Positions 1 through 9,838 of a stretch of DNA of 64,000 nucleotides are shown here, piece by piece. Made by a program: the position numbers and the translations under genes. The stretch is from Bacteroidota bacterium (GTDB lineage Bacteria > Bacteroidota > Bacteroidia > Flavobacteriales > BACL11): assembly GCA_036337275.1 (NCBI GenBank), contig JAYZEM010000001.1, positions 14,634 to 78,633 on the forward strand, given 5' to 3'. The number at the start of each line of letters is the position of its first letter. The first letter of the stretch is position 1. The notes under the pieces were generated by a model that was given only the letters and a program-made list of their open reading frames with translations, searched no databases and had not been told where the DNA came from.

Positions 1-491
1 GTATTTGCATCATTCATCAGCAGAGAGCACACGAACGGATTCTTTTTGAGTATTTCCAGAAAAATGAAAAAACAAATTCTCAACAATTAGCCTTTCCAGA
101 AAAGTTAGAATTCTCAACTTCCGATTTTACAATTATTCAAGAACTTCAAAATAACCTAGAAGAAATTGGATTTTACTTTAAGGTTTTAGATAAGAGTGAG
201 ATTGAAGTAACCGCAATTCCAAATGATCTTACGGTTAAGAATTTACAAAGTGTTTTTGAGGAGTTTTTGGAACAAGAAAAAAATGAAGTAAGCATTGAAA
301 GCAGCAGCAGGAAGAGGATCGCAAAAGTATTAGCAAAGTCCATTGCCATAAAAACAGGAAAAAGATTGGAGAAAGAGGAAATGAGATTTATAATTTCTAA
401 TTTAATCCAGTGCAAAACCCCATCTATTTGTCCAAACGGACATAAAGTTATTATGAATCTGGACCTGCAGAGCATATTAAAACAGTTTTAA
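1..491 (+). CDS. mutL: DNA mismatch repair endonuclease MutL, C-terminal part (5' end upstream of window)
   Basis: Frame 3 is open from base 3 to TAA 489-491. Translation contains IIHQQRAHERILFE and CKTPSICPNGHKVIMNL, matching the MutL C-terminal region (QHAAHERI and CPHGRP-type motifs). Confidence 0.85.
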   Translation, partial: ICIIHQQRAHERILFEYFQKNEKTNSQQLAFPEKLEFSTSDFTIIQELQNNLEEIGFYFKVLDKSEIEVTAIPNDLTVKNLQSVFEEFLEQEKNEVSIESSSRKRIAKVLAKSIAIKTGKRLEKEEMRFIISNLIQCKTPSICPNGHKVIMNLDLQSILKQF

Positions 492-492
492 G

Positions 493-1233
493 ATGAATTA
501 TCGTCCAAGTAGTTTTAGTCATTTGCCGGATGTAGTTAAAAACTTACTTATCATAAATGCTTTGTTCTTTTTGGCCACCATCACATTAGATAGTATGGGA
601 TTTGATATGTACAAATATTTTGGCCTACATCAATTTCAGTCAGTTGATTTTAAGCCACATCAGTTAGTTACTCACCTTTTTATGCATGGGAGTTTTACAC
701 ATCTCTTCTTTAATATGTTTGCTCTTTGGATGTTTGGAAAAGTGTTAGAAAATGTATGGGGAGGGAAACGATTTCTTATTTATTATATGATGACAGGATT
801 GGGTGCTGCAGCTATACATTTAGGTGTAAGTCAATATGAAATAATGAGTTTACAATCCAAAATCAGCACCAATGAATATAACATGATATTAAATGAAGGC
901 GGAAATATCTTAACTGGAGGACAAAATTATACACATCATTTAATTGGCAACCTTAATCTACTAATACACACCCCAACTGTTGGAGCTTCAGGAGCGGTAT
1001 TTGGTGTATTACTTGCATTTGGAATGCTTTTCCCTAATGCGCTTTTGTATATTTATTTTGCCTTCCCTATCAAAGCAAAATACTTTGTAATCTTTTATGG
1101 CCTTTTGGAGCTTTATTTAGGATTGATCAATAATCCTGCTGACAATGTAGCGCATTTTGCTCATTTGGGAGGGATGATTTTTGGCTATTTTTTAATTAAA
1201 TATTGGCGTAAAAACTCTAACACTTTCTTCTAG
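493..1233 (+). CDS. rhomboid family intramembrane serine protease
   Basis: 246 aa, multi-TM. Rhomboid motifs HLFMHGSFTHLFFNM, GASGAVFG (catalytic Ser) and AHFAHLGG (catalytic His). Starts 1 nt after the mutL stop. Confidence 0.9.
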   Translation: MNYRPSSFSHLPDVVKNLLIINALFFLATITLDSMGFDMYKYFGLHQFQSVDFKPHQLVTHLFMHGSFTHLFFNMFALWMFGKVLENVWGGKRFLIYYMMTGLGAAAIHLGVSQYEIMSLQSKISTNEYNMILNEGGNILTGGQNYTHHLIGNLNLLIHTPTVGASGAVFGVLLAFGMLFPNALLYIYFAFPIKAKYFVIFYGLLELYLGLINNPADNVAHFAHLGGMIFGYFLIKYWRKNSNTFF

Positions 1234-1234
1234 A

Positions 1235-2260
1235 ATGAGCAATGTAATTGAAGACATAAAAAGAAACTTTAACACTGGGAATGCATTAACAAAACTCATT
1301 TACATTAATGTAGGGGTATTTTTATTGTTTCAAATTCTATTTGTGTTTTCCTTTTTATTTAGCATAGCTGAATTGCGTTTTTCCTCCTTTTTTGCCCTTC
1401 CAGCAGATATAACTGCATTAGCTAAAAAACCTTGGACTATTATGTCTTATATGTTTTTGCATAATAGTTTTTTACATCTTCTATTTAATATGGTATTTCT
1501 ATATCTAGGAGGAAAACTATTCTTACAATTCTTACATCCAAGACAATTACTGAGTACTTATATATTAGGAGGAATAAGCGGTGGGTTATTATTTATATTA
1601 GCGTACAATTATATCCCCGCCTTAAAACACCAAACTATAGATGTTAGCATATTAGGTGCATCAGCATCAATACTTTCAATAATGGTTGCCATTGCTACTT
1701 ATTCTCCTAATTATCAGATTTTTCTTAATTTTAATAGATTAAAAAGATTAAGATGGATATTTGCTATAGTAGCTTTCTTTTTGCAAGCATTTTTACAAGC
1801 ATTTGGTAATGGAGTAGGATTCTTTGGTACATTAAATCCGTTAATGGTAGGGCTTATATTTTTTTATATTGGAACTCTAGAAAGATCTCCAAAAATAAAA
1901 TATATTATTCTTATACTAATCATACTAGATTTTATTAGCATTCCAATCGGAAATCCTGGAGGACATATAGCACATTTAGGAGGTGCATTCTTTGGGTTTT
2001 TATATGTTAAGCAATTAAACGGAGGAAACGATCTGGCGAGTGGGTTTAATAAAATAATGCACTATTTTGTTAGTCTTTTAAAGCATAAACGCAAATTAAG
2101 AAAAGTGTATAACAAAACTAAATCTGATCAGGATTTTAGAAAAGAGAAACTAATAGAGCAAGCAAAAATTGATAAGATTTTAGAAAAAATTGCAAAATCT
2201 GGATATGAAGGTCTTACGAAACAAGAAAAAGATATCTTATTTAAAGCAAGTAAAAAGTAA
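1235..2260 (+). CDS. rhomboid family protein with an extra hydrophobic insertion and a Lys-rich C-terminal tail
   Basis: 341 aa. Motifs MFLHNSFLHLLFNM, GASASILS and GGHIAHLGGAFFG. About 53 extra hydrophobic residues lie between the Ser and His helices. Starts 1 nt after the preceding stop. Confidence 0.85.
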   Translation: MSNVIEDIKRNFNTGNALTKLIYINVGVFLLFQILFVFSFLFSIAELRFSSFFALPADITALAKKPWTIMSYMFLHNSFLHLLFNMVFLYLGGKLFLQFLHPRQLLSTYILGGISGGLLFILAYNYIPALKHQTIDVSILGASASILSIMVAIATYSPNYQIFLNFNRLKRLRWIFAIVAFFLQAFLQAFGNGVGFFGTLNPLMVGLIFFYIGTLERSPKIKYIILILIILDFISIPIGNPGGHIAHLGGAFFGFLYVKQLNGGNDLASGFNKIMHYFVSLLKHKRKLRKVYNKTKSDQDFRKEKLIEQAKIDKILEKIAKSGYEGLTKQEKDILFKASKK

Positions 2261-2263
2261 GTT

Positions 2264-3322
2264 TTGAAGGGGCTATCATTTATAAATAAACTGCTTTTTT
2301 TGATAAATTCGATTTTACTGATCGCGCAATTACTTTCTTATTTAGCACCATTTGTTAGTCCAAATGTTTTTTGGCCCATTGCATTTTTTGGTTTGCTGTT
2401 TCCTATTTTCTTTCTACTAAATCTGTTTTTTCTTACGCTTTGGCTTATACAAATGAAAAGGCCATTTTGGGCAAATCTGATAGTGCTAATTATTGGAATG
2501 AATTCAATTGGAAAATTAATTGGAAATACTGAGCAAGAAAAAGAAAAAGAACTTGAGAACTCTTTTAGTATTATAAGCTATAATGTACGGCTTTTTAATG
2601 CTTTTAACTGGATTAAAGAGGAGGGAGTGAAAGAGAACATATTTGATTTATTTACAGAAAGAAATGCCGATATTCTTTGTATTCAGGAGTTTTATGCCCC
2701 TGAGAAATTACCAGAAATTGATTATATTTTTCAGCATATAGGTTTGCAAAACAAGAAAAGCCAATGGCATATGGCAATTTACAGTAAATTTCCTCAAATA
2801 AAAAAGGGTACAGTAAGTATTGAAGGAGAACGCATGAATAATACCTGTATTTTTTCTGATATGATTATAACTGATGACACTATTAGAGTTTATAATATTC
2901 ATTTGGCCTCTAATTGGTTTGATAAAAATGATTTGGACTTTATAGAGAATCCCGAAATGAGTAAGGAAGCAATCAAGAAAGGAGTACTAAGCATTGCTAA
3001 AAGATTAAAAAAGTCTTTCCAAAAACGGGCAATTCAAGTAGATGTAATAAAAGAACATATGAAGAAATCTCCCTATCCTGTTGTGCTTTGTGGTGATTTT
3101 AACGATACGCCAAACTCTTTTTCTTACAATAAGATTGCTAGTGGTTTACAGGATTCATTTCTAAAAAAGGGTAATGGTTTTGGAAGTACATTCCTAGGAA
3201 AAATACCTTTTTTGCGAATTGATTATATTTTGCATAGTCCGGAAATAAAAATTCAATCTTTTATTACACATAAAGCAAAACTATCTGACCATAAAGCAAT
3301 AGAAAGTAAGTTGGGAATGTAG
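2264..3322 (+). CDS. membrane-anchored endonuclease/exonuclease/phosphatase (EEP) family protein
   Basis: TTG start per ORF track. N-terminal TM helices followed by EEP motifs SYNVRLFN, DILCIQEF, CGDFNDTPNS, RIDYILHS and SDHKAI. Confidence 0.85.
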   Translation: MKGLSFINKLLFLINSILLIAQLLSYLAPFVSPNVFWPIAFFGLLFPIFFLLNLFFLTLWLIQMKRPFWANLIVLIIGMNSIGKLIGNTEQEKEKELENSFSIISYNVRLFNAFNWIKEEGVKENIFDLFTERNADILCIQEFYAPEKLPEIDYIFQHIGLQNKKSQWHMAIYSKFPQIKKGTVSIEGERMNNTCIFSDMIITDDTIRVYNIHLASNWFDKNDLDFIENPEMSKEAIKKGVLSIAKRLKKSFQKRAIQVDVIKEHMKKSPYPVVLCGDFNDTPNSFSYNKIASGLQDSFLKKGNGFGSTFLGKIPFLRIDYILHSPEIKIQSFITHKAKLSDHKAIESKLGM

Positions 3323-3357
3323 AAAGTGTTTTGATGGACAGGAAAGAAATCTCACAA

Positions 3358-4311
3358 TTACAAATTCTCCAATAACTGAGAAATAGTAGCTTTTTTATTT
3401 AGAAGTTTTTTTTCCAGTTCTTTTAGCCCTCCATTTGTTTTTAGTTGTATATGCTTTTTATTTCCTAATTCTTCTTTAATAGCATGATGCAGCCAAAAAA
3501 TATTTTGGACTTTTCTATTTTCAGCAAAAAAGTTATTTTCTTGCATTTGTGAGTTATGCTCTTGAATTGTTCTCCATACTCTTGCCAGGCCAGTTTTCTC
3601 CAATGCCGAACATATATTTACGCCTACTATCCAACCATTTGAATTAGTAGGAAAAAGGTGCAAAGCGCTTTTGTATTGTAACATGGCGTTTTTTGCATTT
3701 TGCACATTATCACCATCTGCTTTGTTTATTAAAATGGCATCAGCCATTTCCATAACTCCTCTTTTTATGCCTTGTAATTCGTCTCCTGCACCAGAGAGCA
3801 TTAAGAGTAAAAAGAAATCTACCAAATTGCTTACGGTTGTTTCATTTTGTCCAACCCCTACTGTTTCGATCAAAATAATATCAAATCCTGCTGCTTCACA
3901 AAGTAAGATATTATCTCTTGTTTTTGCAGCCACTCCACCCAAAATTCCAGCAGAGGGAGAGGGGCGAATAAAGGCATTTTTATCTTTTGCCAAATCGTGC
4001 ATTCTGCTTTTATCTCCAAGAATACTTCCCTGTGTTTTCTTGCTTGTAGGATCAATTGCCAATACGGCAACTTTCTTTCCTTCGTTAGTTAGCATTCCCC
4101 CAAAACTATTAATGAAGGTACTTTTGCCAACTCCAGGTACACCAGTTATCCCTATTCGGATAGATGCTTTCTTTTTGTCTGCAAAAGAAGCAATAATTTT
4201 TTGTGCTACTTTCTGCTCATTTTCAAGCGTGCTTTCACATAGTGTAATTGCTTTACTTAAAGCGACATTATCACCATCTTTTATTTTTTCTATTAGCGAT
4301 CTTTCTTCCAT
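3358..4311 (-). CDS. meaB: methylmalonyl-CoA mutase-associated GTPase MeaB (ArgK family)
   Basis: 317 aa. P-loop GITGVPGVGKSTFI, ETVGVGQ and NKADG G-protein motifs typical of MeaB/ArgK. Confidence 0.9.
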   Translation of the reverse strand: MEERSLIEKIKDGDNVALSKAITLCESTLENEQKVAQKIIASFADKKKASIRIGITGVPGVGKSTFINSFGGMLTNEGKKVAVLAIDPTSKKTQGSILGDKSRMHDLAKDKNAFIRPSPSAGILGGVAAKTRDNILLCEAAGFDIILIETVGVGQNETTVSNLVDFFLLLMLSGAGDELQGIKRGVMEMADAILINKADGDNVQNAKNAMLQYKSALHLFPTNSNGWIVGVNICSALEKTGLARVWRTIQEHNSQMQENNFFAENRKVQNIFWLHHAIKEELGNKKHIQLKTNGGLKELEKKLLNKKATISQLLENL

Positions 4312-4332
4312 TAATTTTGCGAAACTAAAAAA

Positions 4333-6387
4333 TTATCTGATTATACTAATTGTTCCTTTTTTAGGTGCAACTGGTAATGGACTTTTAATATTGTAAAAAT
4401 ACACTCCATCACTACAAGCAATTCCATTTTTCATTTTTCCATCCCACCTAAAATTTACCTTTTCATCTTCAAATACTTTTTTTCCCCATCTTGTGAAAAT
4501 TTTGATAGAGAAATCGGTATCAAAACAATAGTTGAGTTCTACATCAGGAATCTCAAAATAATCATTCACACCATCATCATTTGGCGAAAACACATTAGGA
4601 ATTACACTATCTATATCAAAAGTTGTCGGCTCCACAATTTCAAACTCAATTTGTAAATGGGCTGAATCATTTCTACATGCATCATCATAAACTAAGAATG
4701 TAACTGTAAATGGACTATGTTCGATATCAATGCAAGTTGGTTTCCAGCATAAATCGGAAGTAGCAAGTGTGAAATTTTCATCTCCAATAAATTCAAATTC
4801 CTGCACATTTACTCCTTCCTCATTTTTGAAAGATCTGATTTGAAGGGTTAAATAATCCGCTATGCTATTATACGTATCCTCATCTTTTACACTTATCGGA
4901 TAGCAAATTTCTTTTCCTACTTCAGCAGTGTATTTTAATTTTATAGTATCAGAATATGCGGAATCGAGTAGTGCCGCATTCTTTGTCATTTCTGTTATCC
5001 TTGGCGGATTGTTATTGGGTTGTTTTAGGTTTAATTCAACTTCCAGCACTGAACTATGATATGCAAAACAAGAAATATCTTTTGAATAAAAATAAGCATA
5101 AAAAGGGCTATTATTCATATTATTACAAATAGGTGTCCAGTAGAAATTAGAACTCACATTGCTTAATGCACTATCATTAATAAAAAATGCCATATTTGAA
5201 CCGCTATCCAATCCTGCATTAAACAAATCTAACTCACAATAAAGAGAAACAGAATCTTTTAACATTTGCTGAAAAATATTCACATTAGAATCTAAATCTT
5301 GAGCAGCAATTTTTAGGCATACCTCTTTTTCGATAAAAGCATCATAACTTAATCTAAGCGTATCATAATAAGGAAGTTGTATAAGCGTACTATAATTAGA
5401 ATCGATAAAAACACCATCTTCATAATGTTCATCAATGGTAATAGTTGGGGCATTATTTTGTTCGCAATCAATAGTTTCATATTGTATGTCTTGCACCACT
5501 TCTCCAATTTTTTGCCAAACACCATTTAATTCTCTCCACTGCTCAATTCGAACAGAAAAAACATATACCCCAATATTGGTTGCATAGGAAGTCAAATCGC
5601 CACTTACCGCATCAATATACATATAACTGCCAGCGCCTAGAGGATTATTGGTATTATAGCTACTATTTGCCCATGTAATAGTATCATAAGGTGCTGCTTT
5701 AGTGGATGGTCCTAGCGGCCAATTAAATGGGTGGCAATTTAGTGGTGTGGCAAGTGAGTAAGCCAATGAATCTCCATCAGGATCCACTGCATTAAAATTA
5801 AAGGTGTGTTCTTGTTCTTTGCATAAATAAGCATTGTGTGGGTAATACTGATTCATAAGTGAATCATACCCAAAAGTTGGACTGGAATTTTGTAAGTTTG
5901 AAAAACCATTATTTGGATCGCTGATCATAATTTCCGATTTGTAAGTAGTTCCTGCAGATAATGGATTATCAATATTTATAATGCCTGCATTTCTGCAACA
6001 AGTTTCCCATGCAAAATAATAGCCTTCAGAAAAAAGGGAAAGTTCAATGGTGTCTTTGTAAACAAATTCTTCCACAAGTAGATTTTCTGGCATAAAGCAA
6101 GAATCGCCAAAGTTGAGGAATTGCTGAGTAATTAATTCCAAAGAAAAACCAAAACCAATGGTGTCATTATCTCCATTAAATACTTTAATCCCAGTTACAG
6201 GATTAGGTAAATTCACACCCCCTTGATCTCTATAAATAATAAGGGTAACCTCATAATTAACATTATTAGCAGCAGAGGAAGAAACACCTAAATATTTCAT
6301 ACTGATATATCCGCCAACAATATGAGTAGAGAAACTATTAAGGGAAAAAAGAATGAAAAAAAGAAATAGGAGAATTCTTTTAATCAT
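4333..6387 (-). CDS. T9SS type B sorting domain-containing surface protein (adhesin-like)
   Basis: C-terminus VFSPNDDGVNDYFEI...RWGKKVFE...WDGK...GVYFY matches the gliding-motility-associated C-terminal domain. Start moved to MIKRILLFLFFILFSLNSFS (signal peptide) at 6387, which forms an ATGA overlap with the upstream stop. The ORF-track start 6465 is treated as a spurious extension. Confidence 0.8.
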   Translation of the reverse strand: MIKRILLFLFFILFSLNSFSTHIVGGYISMKYLGVSSSAANNVNYEVTLIIYRDQGGVNLPNPVTGIKVFNGDNDTIGFGFSLELITQQFLNFGDSCFMPENLLVEEFVYKDTIELSLFSEGYYFAWETCCRNAGIINIDNPLSAGTTYKSEIMISDPNNGFSNLQNSSPTFGYDSLMNQYYPHNAYLCKEQEHTFNFNAVDPDGDSLAYSLATPLNCHPFNWPLGPSTKAAPYDTITWANSSYNTNNPLGAGSYMYIDAVSGDLTSYATNIGVYVFSVRIEQWRELNGVWQKIGEVVQDIQYETIDCEQNNAPTITIDEHYEDGVFIDSNYSTLIQLPYYDTLRLSYDAFIEKEVCLKIAAQDLDSNVNIFQQMLKDSVSLYCELDLFNAGLDSGSNMAFFINDSALSNVSSNFYWTPICNNMNNSPFYAYFYSKDISCFAYHSSVLEVELNLKQPNNNPPRITEMTKNAALLDSAYSDTIKLKYTAEVGKEICYPISVKDEDTYNSIADYLTLQIRSFKNEEGVNVQEFEFIGDENFTLATSDLCWKPTCIDIEHSPFTVTFLVYDDACRNDSAHLQIEFEIVEPTTFDIDSVIPNVFSPNDDGVNDYFEIPDVELNYCFDTDFSIKIFTRWGKKVFEDEKVNFRWDGKMKNGIACSDGVYFYNIKSPLPVAPKKGTISIIR

Positions 6388-9300
6388 CTGATAAGGGTTA
6401 GCATTCCTACTACCGACTTTTCTTCTCTTCCTGAGAATCCTTTTCCAACATAATAAGCGGTCCAACTATAGACACCAGCCATTACTTTATTATCTTTAAA
6501 AGTACCATTCCAAGGTGTAAAATCATTGCTTTCAAAAATCTTTTCTCCCCATCTGTCAAATACCATAAAATGTAAACTGTCCACACCATCAGTTATTGGC
6601 ATGAACACATCATTTACCCCATCATCATTAGGCGTAAAGGAAGATGGTGCATAAAAGAAATATTCACAATTATCAACTGTTACCGAAAAACTGTCTGTTA
6701 TAAGACAGCCTTCAGTAGTTAAAATATCAACAAAATAATAACCTTCATCTGTCACTACAATTTGATTTGATGTAGATCCTGTACTCCAACTATAAGTTGC
6801 ATTATTTTTATTGGATGATATCAACACCAAATTAAAACCCTGACAAATGTCAAAAGTAGTGTCCGTATTTGGGTAAATGATGGTGTTAATATTTACTGTG
6901 TCTGCATTTATACAACCCAATAAGTTTGATACATTAAGGATGTATGTTGTATTGCTATTTGGGCTTGCAATAGGGTTAGTATTAGTCGGGTTGTCTAATG
7001 AATTAGCTGGCGTCCAATCGTATATTGCATTTGCTCCACCAGAAGGATTCCCTCCTAGAATAACTGATGCTCCTTTGCAGATTGAACTGTCTTCACCCGC
7101 ATTTACTAGCATCTCGTTGACGGTGATAAAAAGAGAATCTTTTACGTCACAACCTTCCATCGTACTAAGTTCTACTACATAGTATCCACTACTAATAGGG
7201 TAAACTATAGGATTGTAAGTATTAAAATCAGATATATTATTCATGGGTTGCCAGTTATATGTTGCAAATGGAATTTGGGTAGCACTTAATTGAATGCTGT
7301 CACCACAAATAATCTCTTCATCAGCATCTACTTCAAAAAATGGTATAGGGCTTACACTAAGTTGAACAGTATCAGTATTTTTACAATTCTGATTATCTGT
7401 TACCTGCACAATATATGTTTCAGTAGATGGAGGGAAAGCGGTAGGAGTTGAAGTATTTGCATTTTTCAAGGTATTGTTTGGTGTCCAACTATAATTATTT
7501 CCTCCACTAGATGTTAGTATGATGCTATCGCCCTCACACATTGCAGTATCGTTTCCTGCAAAAGCATTTGGCAAAGGATTGATGGTGATAGTTGTTGTGC
7601 CTGTATTTGAACCACATTTATTGATAGCATATACCTGCAAATTGCAACTTCCACTTATTTGGTCCCAGGCTACAGTCATTTGGTTATTGGTGGTGTCAAG
7701 CATTGTTCCGCAAGATGGAACCGTCCAACTGTAATAGGTGTTGGTCGAAAATTGTACAAAATAGCCCACTGTATCTCCAAAACAAACAGGTGCATTTGGT
7801 ACTACATAGATACTTGGCGGATTTAATAGTTTTACAGTAAATGGTGGGGAGACGGGACCCATACACCCATAATTCGTTTCTTGTACCGTAAAATTATAAT
7901 TCCCTGCATTTCCATTAAAAAGCGCTCCAACCGCATTAGCAGGATTTAGACCTGTGGAAAGAGATGGCCATATTTGCCCATTTAACCGCCAAAGATAAGT
8001 ACTACCTTGTTGAGTTGGAGCAACCCACAAGGTAACAGCATCCCCTTGACAGACTAATGAGTCTGTAGCAAAGATATCAATTGGGCTGTCTGCAGGATGT
8101 CCGATGGTAAGTCGAATAACTGTTCCTAATTGGGTTCCAGGCGTATTGGAATTAGTAGCAACTATTCGCATATAATACACCCCTGGTTGTATTCCTATTG
8201 AAAGTAGCGTTAAAAAATCAGGAATCACAACCCACATATTGGTATCAGTAGTTGCTGCAATACTACCTAGCCCTCCCAGATTCACTCTTCCAAAACTCAT
8301 AAAATCTAGAAGTTCTACTTGAAATTCATTCCCAGGATTATAAGTAACAGTGCAAGGAGGCATGTTTATATCTATAGGGATAAGTGCACTATCGCCAACA
8401 GTAGCACTTATACAAAATTGTAGATCTTGACGATTATTGGTTTCAATATCACAATTCCTAATACAGAATGGGCCCCAAATTGAAGTGTCATTTGCCACGG
8501 GGTTTGATGAACTAACTTTAATATAATAGTTGCATCCCTCTGGAACATTAGGAATAATACCGCTTACATTTCCTGGTAGATAGGGCGGAAGATTAGGGTC
8601 AAATGTCTGATTGCTTGGTAACTGCCCAATTTGAGTGGGATTTGCAAAACTACCGCTTGAATCTGAAAGCCAAGCCGTATAAATATTACCAACTAAATAA
8701 ACGCCAATTGCATAGAAAGGAATATCAATTACACTTCCTACACATACATCAGCCGTGTCCATTGTCACTACAGGGGGGGTTGGTCCTGTAATAATGGTGT
8801 TTGGGCATACTACTACTCCAAAACAAGCAGATGCTACACCCGTTATTTGGGGAGAAGGAGAAATACGATTCACTCTTAATTTATAACAATTACTTGCAGT
8901 TGCATAATTTGGAATCTGTATCACGCGCATTCCAGATGTATTCGGATAAAACATAGAAGTCGTCCAAAGTGCAGTAGGAGAAGTAAAATTACCATTAGCA
9001 TCAGAAAGCTCAATTAGATATTGCCCTCCGCAAAGTGTGTCCGAAATTTCAAATTGGAAAATGAGAAAATTTCCCTGACAAATTACACTATCAGAAAGAT
9101 ATGTAATATTGATGTCAATAGGATTAGTAGTTTGATTGAAATTTCCTACCAAAAAGATATCATCAACACCAAATGAAATTGAGTTTGCTAGAGTAGAACT
9201 TGCATTTACCCATCTAAAACCAAAACGCAAATCATATACATTATTGAATGCGGGGTTCATTATTCGCTCATTCTTCCATAACGTCTGTCCATTGTATTGA

Positions 9301-9788
9301 TTTCCTGTTGAGATCCAATTACCCCCGTCAATGCTGTAATATACTTCTGCATAAGCATTTGAGGAGCCCTCACACAAATAGAAAAAAGAAAACTCTATAC
9401 TGTCAAATCCTAATGTACAGAAACTTCTATCCAAAACAAAAAAATGATCCGAAACGGTAGCAGAATTAAAATTGGCATTAGCAACATTTGATAATTGAAC
9501 TGTGTCAGTAATATGTAAATAATAACCATTAGGATTACCTATTGTTCCTGAAACCGTGTTTATCTGACTAGTGGTGTTTGGGTAAATTCCATTTCCATTA
9601 TACTCATTATTAACAATCCAAGCATTTGTTCCTAACGGATTTCCAAATGAAGAGTCAGTAATAAAGGGGTAATTTCCTGTTTCAAAATCTTCATTAAAAA
9701 TAAGGATTGCATTTTGCGAACAAACAAAAATTGGTGCAAGCAAAATAGCAAAAAGAGCAAAGAGATATTTTGTGCTAAAAATATTCAT
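6384..9788 (-). CDS. large T9SS type B sorting domain-containing surface protein (adhesin-like, multiple Ig-like modules)
   Basis: 1134 aa. Signal peptide MNIFSTKYLFALFAILLAPIFVCSQNA. Repeated Cys-containing modules (LSDANGNFTSP, LSDSSGSFANP). C-terminus FTPNDDGVNDVFMPI...DRWGEKIFES...WNG...GVYSW. Confidence 0.85.
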   Translation of the reverse strand: MNIFSTKYLFALFAILLAPIFVCSQNAILIFNEDFETGNYPFITDSSFGNPLGTNAWIVNNEYNGNGIYPNTTSQINTVSGTIGNPNGYYLHITDTVQLSNVANANFNSATVSDHFFVLDRSFCTLGFDSIEFSFFYLCEGSSNAYAEVYYSIDGGNWISTGNQYNGQTLWKNERIMNPAFNNVYDLRFGFRWVNASSTLANSISFGVDDIFLVGNFNQTTNPIDINITYLSDSVICQGNFLIFQFEISDTLCGGQYLIELSDANGNFTSPTALWTTSMFYPNTSGMRVIQIPNYATASNCYKLRVNRISPSPQITGVASACFGVVVCPNTIITGPTPPVVTMDTADVCVGSVIDIPFYAIGVYLVGNIYTAWLSDSSGSFANPTQIGQLPSNQTFDPNLPPYLPGNVSGIIPNVPEGCNYYIKVSSSNPVANDTSIWGPFCIRNCDIETNNRQDLQFCISATVGDSALIPIDINMPPCTVTYNPGNEFQVELLDFMSFGRVNLGGLGSIAATTDTNMWVVIPDFLTLLSIGIQPGVYYMRIVATNSNTPGTQLGTVIRLTIGHPADSPIDIFATDSLVCQGDAVTLWVAPTQQGSTYLWRLNGQIWPSLSTGLNPANAVGALFNGNAGNYNFTVQETNYGCMGPVSPPFTVKLLNPPSIYVVPNAPVCFGDTVGYFVQFSTNTYYSWTVPSCGTMLDTTNNQMTVAWDQISGSCNLQVYAINKCGSNTGTTTITINPLPNAFAGNDTAMCEGDSIILTSSGGNNYSWTPNNTLKNANTSTPTAFPPSTETYIVQVTDNQNCKNTDTVQLSVSPIPFFEVDADEEIICGDSIQLSATQIPFATYNWQPMNNISDFNTYNPIVYPISSGYYVVELSTMEGCDVKDSLFITVNEMLVNAGEDSSICKGASVILGGNPSGGANAIYDWTPANSLDNPTNTNPIASPNSNTTYILNVSNLLGCINADTVNINTIIYPNTDTTFDICQGFNLVLISSNKNNATYSWSTGSTSNQIVVTDEGYYFVDILTTEGCLITDSFSVTVDNCEYFFYAPSSFTPNDDGVNDVFMPITDGVDSLHFMVFDRWGEKIFESNDFTPWNGTFKDNKVMAGVYSWTAYYVGKGFSGREEKSVVGMLTLIR

Positions 9789-9799
9789 ATCCTTGCTTA

Positions 9800-9807
9800 C
9801 AAAGATA
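9800..9807 (-). promoter_or_regulatory. -7 promoter box TATCTTTG upstream of the adhesin gene pair
   Basis: Exact match to the Bacteroidota consensus TAnnTTTG on the - strand, 11 nt upstream of ATG 9788, in the 50-nt gap after the mutase gene. Confidence 0.4.
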
Positions 9808-9838
9808 AAAATTAAAAATGAAAGTTAAGGATTTTGCT

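Noticed and set aside
1876-1888. TCTAGAAAGATCT (XbaI and BglII sites back to back) inside the rhomboid insertion, considered as a cloning scar or engineered junction
   Set aside because: It is a mirror repeat of two 6-mers in AT-rich DNA and is in-frame coding sequence (LERSP). Nothing else around it looks synthetic, so chance is sufficient.
3671-4396. 241-aa ORF on the + strand, antisense to meaB. Other long antisense ORFs of the same kind lie at 10332-10757, 22137-22565, 37589-37912, 38297-38581, 42713-43057, 50913-51233 and 59080-59382.
   Set aside because: Each lies inside a gene on the opposite strand that has clear family motifs. Their translations are low-complexity (S/F/L/I/K-rich), with no recognisable motif, signal or promoter box. 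This is typical of open antisense frames in AT-rich genomes.
6388-6465. N-terminal extension of the 684-aa adhesin ORF (MDRLLCWKRILRKRRKVGSRNANPYQ...)
   Set aside because: It overlaps the end of the upstream adhesin gene. The internal ATG at 6387 gives a normal signal peptide and an ATGA stop/start junction.
8773-8779. G7 (C7 on the coding strand) homopolymer in the 1134-aa adhesin gene as a possible slipped-strand phase-variation switch
   Set aside because: The tract is short. An equal C7 tract occurs in the essential trmD gene (34698-34704), so tracts of this length are evidently tolerated as ordinary Pro-Pro coding sequence.
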